Shown here: piece by piece, positions 1 to 9,300 of the stretch
Position numbering within the stretch: position 1 is the stretch's first letter
How the letters are laid out: each line of letters starts with the position of its first letter
Assembly: GCA_947628685.1 (NCBI GenBank)
Contig: CANRAT010000003.1
Span: 1 to 36,348, forward strand
Reading direction: 5' to 3'
Source of the DNA: an uncultured Bacilli bacterium
Lineage (GTDB): Bacteria; Bacillota_I; Bacilli_A; RF39; UBA660
DNA length: 36,348 nucleotides
Notes under the pieces: model-generated
Seen by the model: the letters and a program-made list of their open reading frames with translations, nothing else
Told to the model about the DNA's origin: nothing
The model's database searches: none
Made by a program: the position numbers and the translations under genes

Positions 1-1
1 T

Positions 2-1300
2 ACACCAATACCAGATTTAATGAATGATACATTAACTCCAGTAGTGTATGATAATGATAAAAAGTCATGGGTAATAGCAGATAAATATTCAAAGTGGTAT
101 GATTATGATAAAGAGGAGTGGGCAAATGCAGTAATACTAAAAGAAGAAGCAAGAGATAAAAAAGTAGGAGAAATAGTAACAGTACCAGATACACCTGAAG
201 AAATAGATTCAACAGATGTACTAGCGATGTTTGTATTTATACCAAGATATGAATATACAATAGGAAATACATATGGAGTAAGACTAGAAGGAGGGAGTAA
301 GCCTAGTCAAGCAACACCAGGAGCAATAGATATAAGATTTGTAAGTGAAAGAGAAGAAAAGAAGAATGGTAGTGCGAAATATACAGGAGATACACCAAAT
401 AATTGGTATACCCATCCAGCATTTACATTTGGAGATGATGAACTATCAGGAATATGGGTAGGGAAGTTTGAAACGAGTGTTACCAGTACAGGTTTAACTT
501 GTAAAGATGAAAATTGTGAAAGAGCAGATAGTATAAAAATTTTGCCAAATATAAATTCATATGGTATACAAACTATATCTCCGCAATTCTTTTTAGTAAG
601 GTCAATGTCTAGGGTAGGTAATCCATTTGGAATAAATTCAAATATAATAGATACACATATGGCGAAGAATAGTGAATGGGGAGCAGTTGCATATCTATCA
701 CAAAGTAAATATGGAAAGTATGGTAATGCTGATTATCAAGGAACAGAAAAAGAAGTATATCGAAATAATTGTTCAAGTTATATAACAGGAATAGGAGCAG
801 ATATTATAAATTCAGAAAGTTCTGATGATACTTGTACAAATCCAAAGAATAAATATAATGGAGAAAGTGGAGTAAAAGCAAGTACAACAGGAAATATTAC
901 AGGAATATATGATATGAGTGGTGGCTATCGTGAATACGTGATGGGATATTTAATAACAGCAATAGAAGGAACAGATTTACCATGGGGCTCAACATCAAAT
1001 GGTAATTCTGCTAATTTTACAAATGAAAATAAACCAGATGAAAAATATTTTGATGGATATACTAATTCAGATATAGCAATGGCTTGTAATGGTGAAGAAT
1101 GTAAAGGACATGCTTTATCAGAAACATATAGGTGGTATGGCGATGCTGGTTCACCTGTAGATTGTGACGAGGTTGCCCCTTGGGTGACACGTGGAGCTTA
1201 TGTTTTTCCAACGACTAATGGGGTTTTTGCATATGCTCATCATTACGGAGGTGGTTACGCATATGCATCTAATCGTGTAGTTATTACCCAAGCATCATAA
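2..1300 (+). CDS. C-type-lectin/FGE-sulfatase-like fold surface protein, probably 5'-truncated by the window edge
   Basis: The frame is open from base 2 (first ATG at 20). Motifs HPAF..G, GIWVGKFE, NSEWGAVAYL, STTGNITGIYDMSGG..EY and a C-terminal W..RG...G.F....G......R resemble CLec/FGE-fold proteins. Confidence 0.55.
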   Translation, partial: TPIPDLMNDTLTPVVYDNDKKSWVIADKYSKWYDYDKEEWANAVILKEEARDKKVGEIVTVPDTPEEIDSTDVLAMFVFIPRYEYTIGNTYGVRLEGGSKPSQATPGAIDIRFVSEREEKKNGSAKYTGDTPNNWYTHPAFTFGDDELSGIWVGKFETSVTSTGLTCKDENCERADSIKILPNINSYGIQTISPQFFLVRSMSRVGNPFGINSNIIDTHMAKNSEWGAVAYLSQSKYGKYGNADYQGTEKEVYRNNCSSYITGIGADIINSESSDDTCTNPKNKYNGESGVKASTTGNITGIYDMSGGYREYVMGYLITAIEGTDLPWGSTSNGNSANFTNENKPDEKYFDGYTNSDIAMACNGEECKGHALSETYRWYGDAGSPVDCDEVAPWVTRGAYVFPTTNGVFAYAHHYGGGYAYASNRVVITQAS

Positions 1301-1306
1301 AGTAAA

Positions 1307-1343
1307 AATAGTAATCTTTTTAAAAATTACTATTCTTTATTTT
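1307..1343 (+). terminator. Intrinsic terminator
   Basis: AATAGTAAT (1307-1315) / ATTACTATT (1326-1334) inverted repeat followed by a T-rich tract, just after the stop codon. Confidence 0.6.
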
Positions 1344-1369
1344 GCTTTATTTTGTACGAATATATATTA

Positions 1370-1398
1370 TTTACATTTTAATTCATTTAAGATATAAT
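1370..1398 (+). promoter_or_regulatory. Sigma-A-like promoter of thiI
   Basis: TTTACA-17 bp-TATAAT, followed by a GGTGA RBS and ATG at 1414. Confidence 0.55.
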
Positions 1399-1413
1399 GT
1401 TTGTGGTGATTTT

Positions 1414-2583
1414 ATGGATGATTTAATACTTATTAAATATGGAGAGTTAACAACTAAAAAACAAAATAGAAAAACTTTTATTAAATTACTTGCAGATAAT
1501 ATTAAAAAAATATTAGATGGCGAAGAATTTAATATTAAATTTGATAGAGTTAGAATGTATATTGAGTGTAATAATGTAGATAGTGTAGTAAATAAACTTA
1601 AAAAAGTATTTGGTATACATGGAATAGTAATATGTCATAAAGTAAATACTAATATAGAAGATATAAAATTAAAAGTATTAGAACTATTAAAAAAAGAGAC
1701 ATTTAATACATTTAAAATTAATACCAAAAGAGCAGACAAAACATTTAACATACCTAGTATGGAAGTTAATAATATAATAGGCGGTTATGTACTTAAAAAC
1801 TTAAATACAAAAGTAGATGTAAAAAGTCCTGATATATTAGTAACTATTGAAATAAGAGTTGAAGGAACATTCATTTATACAAATGAAATTAAAGGTTTAG
1901 GTGGATATCCTGTAGGTATTCAAGGTAAGGGAATGCTTATGTTAAGTGGAGGAATAGATAGTCCAGTTGCAGGATATTTATCAATTAAAAGAGGAGTTGA
2001 CCTTGAATGCTTATATTTTGAGTCACCACCTCACACAAGTATAGAAGCAAAAAATAAAGTATTAACGCTTGCTAGAATAATTAATGAATATTCAGGGAAT
2101 ATTAAAGTTAATGTAATACCATTTACAAAACTTCAAGAAGCTATATATATAAATGTCCCAGATAATTATGTAATAACAATAATGAGACGTATGATGTATA
2201 GAGTATCAGAGCGTTTAGCAAAAAAACATAAATGTAAAGTAATAATAAATGGAGAGTCAATTGGTCAAGTTGCAAGTCAAACATTAACTAGTATGGCTGC
2301 TATTAATAGTGTAACCAATTTCCCAGTAATTAGACCTGTTGCTTGTATGGATAAATTAGAAATAATAGATATAGCAAAAAAACTAAATACGTATGATATT
2401 AGTATATTACCATATGAAGATTGTTGTACTATATTTTTACCAGAACATCCAGTAATTAATCCTGATATAGATAAATGTATTAAATATGAAAGTACATTTG
2501 ACTATGAAGCATTAATAAACGAATGTATAGATAATGTAGAAGTTATAACTAATTTAAAAGAAGATAAAAGTGATTTGCTTTAA
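1414..2583 (+). CDS. thiI: tRNA 4-thiouridine(8) synthase ThiI
   Basis: N-terminal IKYGEL..K, THUMP domain, PP-loop LSGGIDSPVA, GESIGQVASQT, PYEDCC. Start moved from 1342 (TTG) to ATG 1414 behind the RBS. Confidence 0.96.
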   Translation: MDDLILIKYGELTTKKQNRKTFIKLLADNIKKILDGEEFNIKFDRVRMYIECNNVDSVVNKLKKVFGIHGIVICHKVNTNIEDIKLKVLELLKKETFNTFKINTKRADKTFNIPSMEVNNIIGGYVLKNLNTKVDVKSPDILVTIEIRVEGTFIYTNEIKGLGGYPVGIQGKGMLMLSGGIDSPVAGYLSIKRGVDLECLYFESPPHTSIEAKNKVLTLARIINEYSGNIKVNVIPFTKLQEAIYINVPDNYVITIMRRMMYRVSERLAKKHKCKVIINGESIGQVASQTLTSMAAINSVTNFPVIRPVACMDKLEIIDIAKKLNTYDISILPYEDCCTIFLPEHPVINPDIDKCIKYESTFDYEALINECIDNVEVITNLKEDKSDLL

Positions 2584-2608
2584 TAGAAAAAATTACCAAA
2601 TAAATTTT

Positions 2609-2637
2609 GTATAAAATTCACCTTTGTACACAAATTA
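2609..2637 (+). promoter_or_regulatory. Possible sigma-G (forespore) promoter
   Basis: GTATA-17 bp-CAAATTA directly upstream of a SASP gene; resembles the sigma-G consensus. The AT-rich background lowers specificity. Confidence 0.4.
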
Positions 2638-2659
2638 AAAATGTACAGGAGGTGAAATC

Positions 2660-2869
2660 ATGAATAACAGTAAATCAACAAGTAAATTCGTTGTACCTGG
2701 AGCTAAACAAGCTATCGACAAAATGAAATATGAAATAGCTAGTGAACTAGGAGTTAACTTAGGTCCAGATGCTACTTCAAGAGCTAATGGTTCAGTTGGT
2801 GGAGAAATCACTAAGAGATTAGTTCAAATGGGTGAACAACATTTAGGTGGAAACACTTATTCTAAATAA
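2660..2869 (+). CDS. Alpha/beta-type small acid-soluble spore protein
   Basis: [21 protein letters not shown]...[17 protein letters not shown], the canonical SASP signature; AGGAGG RBS. Confidence 0.96.
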   Translation: MNNSKSTSKFVVPGAKQAIDKMKYEIASELGVNLGPDATSRANGSVGGEITKRLVQMGEQHLGGNTYSK

Positions 2870-2876
2870 GAAAATG

Positions 2877-2908
2877 GATAGCACACAAAAATGCTATCTT
2901 TTATTTTA
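2877..2908 (+). terminator. Intrinsic terminator
   Basis: GATAGCA / TGCTATC stem followed by TTTTATTTT. Confidence 0.7.
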
Positions 2909-2992
2909 ATCTTTTATTTTAATCAATTCTACTATTAGTCGGTTTAAAAAAAACTTATCTTTTGTTATAATTGTTTTAAAGGTAGTGATAAT

Positions 2993-3895
2993 ATGAATTA
3001 CGATGATATTGGTAAATTTATTGCAAATTTAAGAAAAGAGAAAAATTTAACTCAAAAAGATTTAGCCTTAAAAATTGGAGTAACAGATAAGGCTGTATCA
3101 AAGTGGGAAAGAGGAAAAGGATGTCCCGATGTATCTATATTAGATGAATTATCAAGTGTACTTGGTGTATCAATCTTAGAAATACTAAAAGGAAAAAGAA
3201 TAGATGAAAAGACATTAAACGAAGTAAATGACTATGTATTAGATACGATAAACTACTCTAAAGATGAAATCAATAATAAATATAAAAATTTAATTTTAAA
3301 TATTATATCTACATTAATAATAGTTATCATAGGATTTATATTTATATTAAATTTATATCATATAAATTATCTAAATAAGAAAGAAAGTTATAAATTAGAT
3401 AGTACTGAAATTAGTAAAATTGATTCTAATTTAGAGAAAATATATAATAACATTAATATAATAGAAAATTCAAAAACTATTTTTACTAAACAAGAAAATG
3501 AAGAGCTTTTAAATATTTTAAAAAGTAATTATGATAGATTAAAAGAACATCCTTTGTTTAAATATAAAGAAGGAGCATCATTTTCAATTAATGATTTATA
3601 TGTAATTGGAGAAACTAGTTTTAACTCTAATTTAATAGATGGATATAAAATACTTAAGTTTTATGATGAAAGTAAAATAAATAATATGTATAATTATTCA
3701 ATATTTGATTTTCCAACACGAGTACTTTTATTTAATACATTAAATAAAGGATATAATTCATATAAATATTCTATTAATACTAAAGATTATATCGCATTTT
3801 ATAGTACTTTAGATGCTTATTTAGGAATAATGTTAAAAGCAACGGATAACTTATTAATATTTTCAAATGATGTAATAGAAGTAGGTGTAAAATGA
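2993..3895 (+). CDS. Membrane-anchored XRE-family HTH regulator
   Basis: N-terminal IGKFIANLRKEKNLTQKDLA...VTDKAVSKWERG..PD (HTH_3), one hydrophobic helix at about aa 100-120, then a predicted extracellular region. Confidence 0.85.
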   Translation: MNYDDIGKFIANLRKEKNLTQKDLALKIGVTDKAVSKWERGKGCPDVSILDELSSVLGVSILEILKGKRIDEKTLNEVNDYVLDTINYSKDEINNKYKNLILNIISTLIIVIIGFIFILNLYHINYLNKKESYKLDSTEISKIDSNLEKIYNNINIIENSKTIFTKQENEELLNILKSNYDRLKEHPLFKYKEGASFSINDLYVIGETSFNSNLIDGYKILKFYDESKINNMYNYSIFDFPTRVLLFNTLNKGYNSYKYSINTKDYIAFYSTLDAYLGIMLKATDNLLIFSNDVIEVGVK

Positions 3896-4572
3896 AAAAA
3901 TTAAATATTTTAAGATTTATATCTCTTATATTAACAATGGTATTATCACTATTATTTATTAAAAGATATGGTATTTTTACAAAAAATATATTTATTTACA
4001 TATCTTTAATAATTTTACTAATAATAAGTATAGGAGACATTAAATTAAAGTTAAAAACATCACTTAAATATAATCTTCTTTTCATAAGTATAATGTTACT
4101 CACAAGTTTTTTACTTGCAAGATCTCTTTTTGATACTAGTTTAATATCAAATTCAAAAACTCATTTAGAAATTTTAAATAATTTAGTAATAACTAATAAT
4201 ATATCAGATTCATATAAATATATAAGTTTATACTATTTTGAGCAAAATATTTATTTATTATTATTTCTTTATTTCCTTATAATTTTATATCATAGAATAG
4301 AGAATAATAAACTTATAAAAGAAAGATCCAAATATAGTTTAAGTTCTATCCTTTGTTTAATATTAAATATTTTATTTTCTATAAGAACTTTAGATTTAAT
4401 ATATGAAATATTTAATATAAATCATTTCCCTTTATTATTCTTTGTAATTAACGTCATTTTATTAATAGTAGAAATTGTTAGTTTGGTAAAAAATAATGGT
4501 TTAAAAAGAGAATGGCCAATATATTTAAGTTTTGTATTTAATTTATTTGCTTTTATTTCTATATTTACTTAA
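3892..4572 (+). CDS. Multi-pass membrane protein, unknown function
   Basis: About 7 hydrophobic segments; ATGA overlap with the upstream XRE gene. Confidence 0.7.
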   Translation: MKKLNILRFISLILTMVLSLLFIKRYGIFTKNIFIYISLIILLIISIGDIKLKLKTSLKYNLLFISIMLLTSFLLARSLFDTSLISNSKTHLEILNNLVITNNISDSYKYISLYYFEQNIYLLLFLYFLIILYHRIENNKLIKERSKYSLSSILCLILNILFSIRTLDLIYEIFNINHFPLLFFVINVILLIVEIVSLVKNNGLKREWPIYLSFVFNLFAFISIFT

Positions 4573-4634
4573 TTGGAAAAAAGTCTCATTATACAAAATC
4601 ATTATTTGAAAATAATAATAATGAGGTGAGATTC

Positions 4635-4838
4635 ATGAATAATAAACTAGTAGTTCCAGGATCAAAACAAGCCTTAGAAAACTTAAAATATGAAATAGCA
4701 AGTGAACTTGGCATAAAACTTGGCGCAGATACTACAAGTAGATTAAATGGTACTGTAGGCGGACTTATGACTAAAAAATTAGTTGAACTAGGTAAACAAT
4801 ATTATAATGATGTAGAAGATCATAAAAGTAATAGATAA
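4635..4838 (+). CDS. Second alpha/beta-type small acid-soluble spore protein
   Basis: [21 protein letters not shown]...TTSRLNGTVGGLMTKKLV; GAGGTG RBS before ATG 4635. Confidence 0.93.
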   Translation: MNNKLVVPGSKQALENLKYEIASELGIKLGADTTSRLNGTVGGLMTKKLVELGKQYYNDVEDHKSNR

Positions 4839-4880
4839 GCAAATTTAGCAAATAAATTTGCTTATTTGTTATATTTTTTT
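4835..4880 (+). terminator. Intrinsic terminator
   Basis: Perfect 13-bp stem ATAAGCAAATTTA / TAAATTTGCTTAT with a 5-nt loop and a T-rich tail. Confidence 0.75.
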
Positions 4881-4934
4881 AAAATTCATAGACAAAATTA
4901 GTTTAAATCATATATAATATATAAAGGTGATATT

Positions 4935-6239
4935 ATGTTTGAAAGTTTAGGAGATAGGTTACAAAACGCAGTAAATAAAATAAGAGGTTATGGTAAAATT
5001 ACTGAAGATAATATTAGTGATGTAACAAGAGAGATACGTCTTGCGTTACTTGAGGCAGATGTTAATTATAAAGTAGTAAAAGAGTTTATTGCGAGTGTTA
5101 AGGAAAAAGCACTCGGTGAGGAAGTCACAAAAAGTCTAAAACCTAGTGAACAATTTGTAAAAATTCTAAAAGATGAGTTAGTAGACCTTTTAGGTGGAGA
5201 AAAAGAGGATTTATATGTAAGTGGAAATCCAAGTATACTTATGCTTGTAGGACTTCAAGGAAGTGGTAAGACTACAACTATTGGTAAACTTGCTTTATTA
5301 CTTAGAAAAAAATATAAGAAAAATCCTTTACTTGTTGCATGTGATGTGTATCGTCCTGCTGCTATCGATCAGTTAAAGACTATAGGTAAGGAACTTAACA
5401 TAGAAGTATATGAAGAAGGTAAAGAAAATCCTGTTACTATTGCTAAAAATGCAATTAAATATGCTAAAGAAAATAACTTTAACTATGTACTTATAGATAC
5501 TGCAGGAAGACTTCATATAGATAAAGAATTAATGGATGAATTAAAAAATATATCAAATGAAGTAAATCCTAATGAAACACTTTTAGTATTAGATAGTATG
5601 GTTGGACAAGATGCAGTTAATGTAATAGAAGGATTTAATAACGATCTTAAACTTACAGGTGCGATACTTACTAAACTTGATGGAGATACAAGAGGTGGTG
5701 CGGCACTTTCTATTAGACATTTAACTCATGTTCCAATTAAATTTGTAGGTGTAAGTGAAAAGATGGATGGACTCGATGAATTTTATCCGGATAGAATGGC
5801 TACTCGTATACTTGGTATGGGCGACATTATGACGATGATAGAGAAAGCAGAAGAAGTAATAGATGAAGATGAAGCAAGAAAAACTGCTAAAAAAATGGAG
5901 CAAGGTAAATTTGATTTAGAAGATTTCTTATCTACTTTTAAACAAATAAAAAAATTGGGACCACTAGAGAGTTTAATTAAAATGATACCAGGTGTACCAA
6001 AAGAGTTAAAGAGTGTTAAAATAGACTCTAAAGATATGGCACATATAGAGGCTATAATTCTTTCAATGACACCATATGAAAGAAGACATCCAGAAATTTT
6101 AAAAGCATCTAGAAAAATTAGAATTGCTAAAGGTTCAGCAAGAAGCGTAGAAGAAGTAAATAGATTGCTTAATCAATTCGAACAAATGAAAAAAATGATG
6201 AAAATGATGAAAAACGGAAATATGAAAATGCCATTTTAA
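4935..6239 (+). CDS. ffh: Signal recognition particle protein Ffh
   Basis: MFESLGDRL, GLQGSGKTT, DTAGR, TKLDGD.RGGAALS, Met-rich M domain with AIILSMT..ER and RIAKGS. Confidence 0.98.
   Translation: MFESLGDRLQNAVNKIRGYGKITEDNISDVTREIRLALLEADVNYKVVKEFIASVKEKALGEEVTKSLKPSEQFVKILKDELVDLLGGEKEDLYVSGNPSILMLVGLQGSGKTTTIGKLALLLRKKYKKNPLLVACDVYRPAAIDQLKTIGKELNIEVYEEGKENPVTIAKNAIKYAKENNFNYVLIDTAGRLHIDKELMDELKNISNEVNPNETLLVLDSMVGQDAVNVIEGFNNDLKLTGAILTKLDGDTRGGAALSIRHLTHVPIKFVGVSEKMDGLDEFYPDRMATRILGMGDIMTMIEKAEEVIDEDEARKTAKKMEQGKFDLEDFLSTFKQIKKLGPLESLIKMIPGVPKELKSVKIDSKDMAHIEAIILSMTPYERRHPEILKASRKIRIAKGSARSVEEVNRLLNQFEQMKKMMKMMKNGNMKMPF
5947..6238 (+). repeat. 292-bp direct repeat, copy 1 (ffh 3' end)
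   Basis: No mismatch seen on base-by-base reading against 17152-17443. Confidence 0.95.
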
Positions 6240-6255
6240 TATTCCATTTTAGACT
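6238..6255 (+). repeat. 18-bp imperfect direct repeat / palindrome half-site, copy 1
   Basis: AATATTCCATTTTAGACT versus AATATTCCAATTTAGACT at 16837-16854 (17/18 match). Confidence 0.7.
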
Positions 6256-6316
6256 TTAATATAAAAATAAACCTCTTTAATTGTATAATTTTTATATAGA
6301 ATAAAGAGGTTGTTTT

Positions 6317-9300
6317 ATGAGAGTTTCTTTAATAAAAAACGGTAAAATATATAATACAAATCTTCCACTTGAAATAAATGGAAGTTTTTGGGTTGAAGAT
6401 AAAGATAAAAACAATATAAAAAGAAACCTTATAAATATTGAAGCAAATAATTCTAAATGGGTTTTAAAAAGTAATTTTGAAACTAAAATAATATATAACG
6501 GCAATAATGTTGAAGAAGTAGTTCTTGAAAATTATAATTTTTATGAATTACAAGTAAAAGGAGAACAATATAATTACATTTTATATACATCACCTGTATA
6601 TGATGATAATTCTTGTGAATATGAAGTTTCAAACAACTGTCAAATATATATAGGTAATGGTGTTAATAACACAATTAACTATAATAACAGATATATACAA
6701 GATAAACAGTGTTTAATACAATCAACTAATGGAATATGGAGTATAAATAACTTAAATAATAACGGAGTAGTTTTTGTAAATGGTATTGCAGTAAGTAAAT
6801 CTAATCTTAATATAGGCGATGTTGTATTTATAATGGGATTAAAGATAATTATATGTGGTAATTTCATAATAATGAATAACGTTAAAGGAATAGTAAATTA
6901 TAATACACAAGTATTAAGAAAAAGAGAACCTTTAAATTTACCTGTTGAACCACAAGAAGAAAAAGAAGAAGATACAAGTTTAAAAGTATATGAAAAACAA
7001 GAGTATTTCTTTAGAATGCCTAGATTTAGAACAAGTGTTGAAGAAGATACAGTAGAAATAGATCCACCTCCAGAACAAGAAAAACCTGATGAAATGCCAC
7101 TTGCTTATACTATAGGTCCTATGCTTACAATGGGATTAACATCAATGGTATCTGGTATAACTTCAATAAATAATGTAATGGAAGGAACACAAACATTAAA
7201 GTCTTCACTTCCTTCACTTGTAACTTGTGGTGCAATGTTACTTAGTATGATATTTTGGCCTCTTTTACAAAAACAATATTCAAAAAATCAAAGAAAGAAG
7301 AAAGAAAAACTAAGAATAAAAAAATATAATGAATATATAGAAGAAAGAAGAGGATATATAAGAGGTATAGTTTCTCGTCAAAGACAATCTTTAATAGAAA
7401 ATAATATACCACTTTCTGATTGTAAACAAATTATATTGAATAGAAAAAGAAATCTTTGGGAACGTAAGATAGAGCACGATGATTTTCTTAATTTAAGACT
7501 TGGTATAGGAAATGTAGAACCTTTTGTAAAAGTAAAATATCCAGAGGAACATTTTTCTTTAACTCAAAACAATTTAAGAGAAGTTTTAGATAAATTAGGT
7601 GCAGAAACAAAGATAATGACTGATGTACCTGTAACAGTTAATTTAACTAAAAAATATATCTCAGCAATAGTAGGTAAAAAAGAAATAACTAAATCATTCA
7701 TAGATGGATTACTACTTCAACTTATGACATTTTATAGTTATGAAGATTTAAAAATAGTAATAATGACTTCTAAAGAAAATGAATATAAATGGAAATTTTT
7801 AAAAACATCTCCATATTTGAGTGATGATGATAAAACTATTAGATTTTTCTCAACAGATGTAGATGAGGCAAATCAAATATCAATATATCTAGATAATTAT
7901 TTACAAAATAGAAAATATCAAGATGGAGATACCTCTAAATTAAAAACTGAAGACTATAAATCATATAAACTATATTTTCTTATAATAACAGACGATTATC
8001 AGTCTTTAAGAAATATTGAAATAATAAAAGATGTATTATCACAAAAAATTAATCTTGGATTTAGTATGTTAATAGTACAGGAAAGACTTTTGGGACTTCC
8101 TAATGAATGTACGACATTTATAAATGTAGAAGCAAATGATTCTATAATATTTGAAAATGAACTTACAAGTGATAAACAACAAGTATTTAAAGCAGATTTT
8201 ATTGGAGATTTAAATATAGAAAGTGTAAGTAAAGTTGTTTCAAACATACCAATAGAAATGGCAAAAGATAGATATTCATTACCTGAAAAATTAGGATTTT
8301 TAGAGATGTATAATGTAGGTAAAATAGAACAGTTAAATCCACTTAACAGGTGGAAAAATAACAATCCTATAACTAGTCTATCTGCTCCCGTTGGAGTAGA
8401 TACTAATGGTGAATTATTTAAACTCGATTTACACGAGAAATTTCACGGTCCACACGGACTTATCGCAGGTATGACAGGAAGTGGTAAATCAGAATTTATA
8501 ATAACTTATATACTTTCAATGGCAGTTAATTACCACCCAGATGAAGTAGCATTTGTCCTAATCGATTATAAAGGTGGAGGACTTGCTGGTGCATTTGAAA
8601 ATAAAGAAACAGGTGTAAAAATTCCACATCTTGCTGGAACTATAACAAACCTTGATGTAAACGATATGAAAAGAAGTTTAGCATCAATAGAAAGTGAATT
8701 AAAAAGAAGACAAAAAATATTTAATGATGCAAGACAAAAATTAAATGAAAGTACAATAGATATATATAAATATCAAAAATTAAGAAGAGAAGGAAAAGTA
8801 GAAGAACCAATTCCTCACTTGTTTATTATAAGCGATGAATTTGCTGAATTAAAAACACAGCAACCAGAATTTATGGAAAAATTAATATCAACTGCTCGTA
8901 TAGGACGTTCTTTGGGTGTGCATTTAATTTTGGCAACTCAAAAACCTAGTGGAGTAGTAGACGATCAAATATGGTCCAACACTAAATTTAGAGTATGCTT
9001 GAAAGTTCAAGATAAGCAAGATAGTGTTGATATGATAAAATGTCCAGATGCTGCTTCACTTCATAATGTTGGTAGATTTTACCTCCAAGTTGGGTATAAT
9101 GAATTTTTCGCTTTAGGACAATCTGCTTATGCAGGAGTACCATATCAAAAAACAGACAAAATAAAAAGAAAAATAGATACTAATATAAGTTTTATTAATA
9201 ATGTAGGATATATAATTAAAAATGTTGATAAAGAAGAAGTAAACATTAATGCAAAAGCAAATGGAGAAGAGTTATCTAATATAGTTAATTATTTATATAA

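Noticed and set aside
2-1300. Complete diversity-generating retroelement
   Set aside because: No reverse transcriptase or template repeat in the window; kept only as a possible remote target.
6181-6232. AAAATGATG tandem repeats
   Set aside because: They encode the normal Met/Lys-rich Ffh tail.
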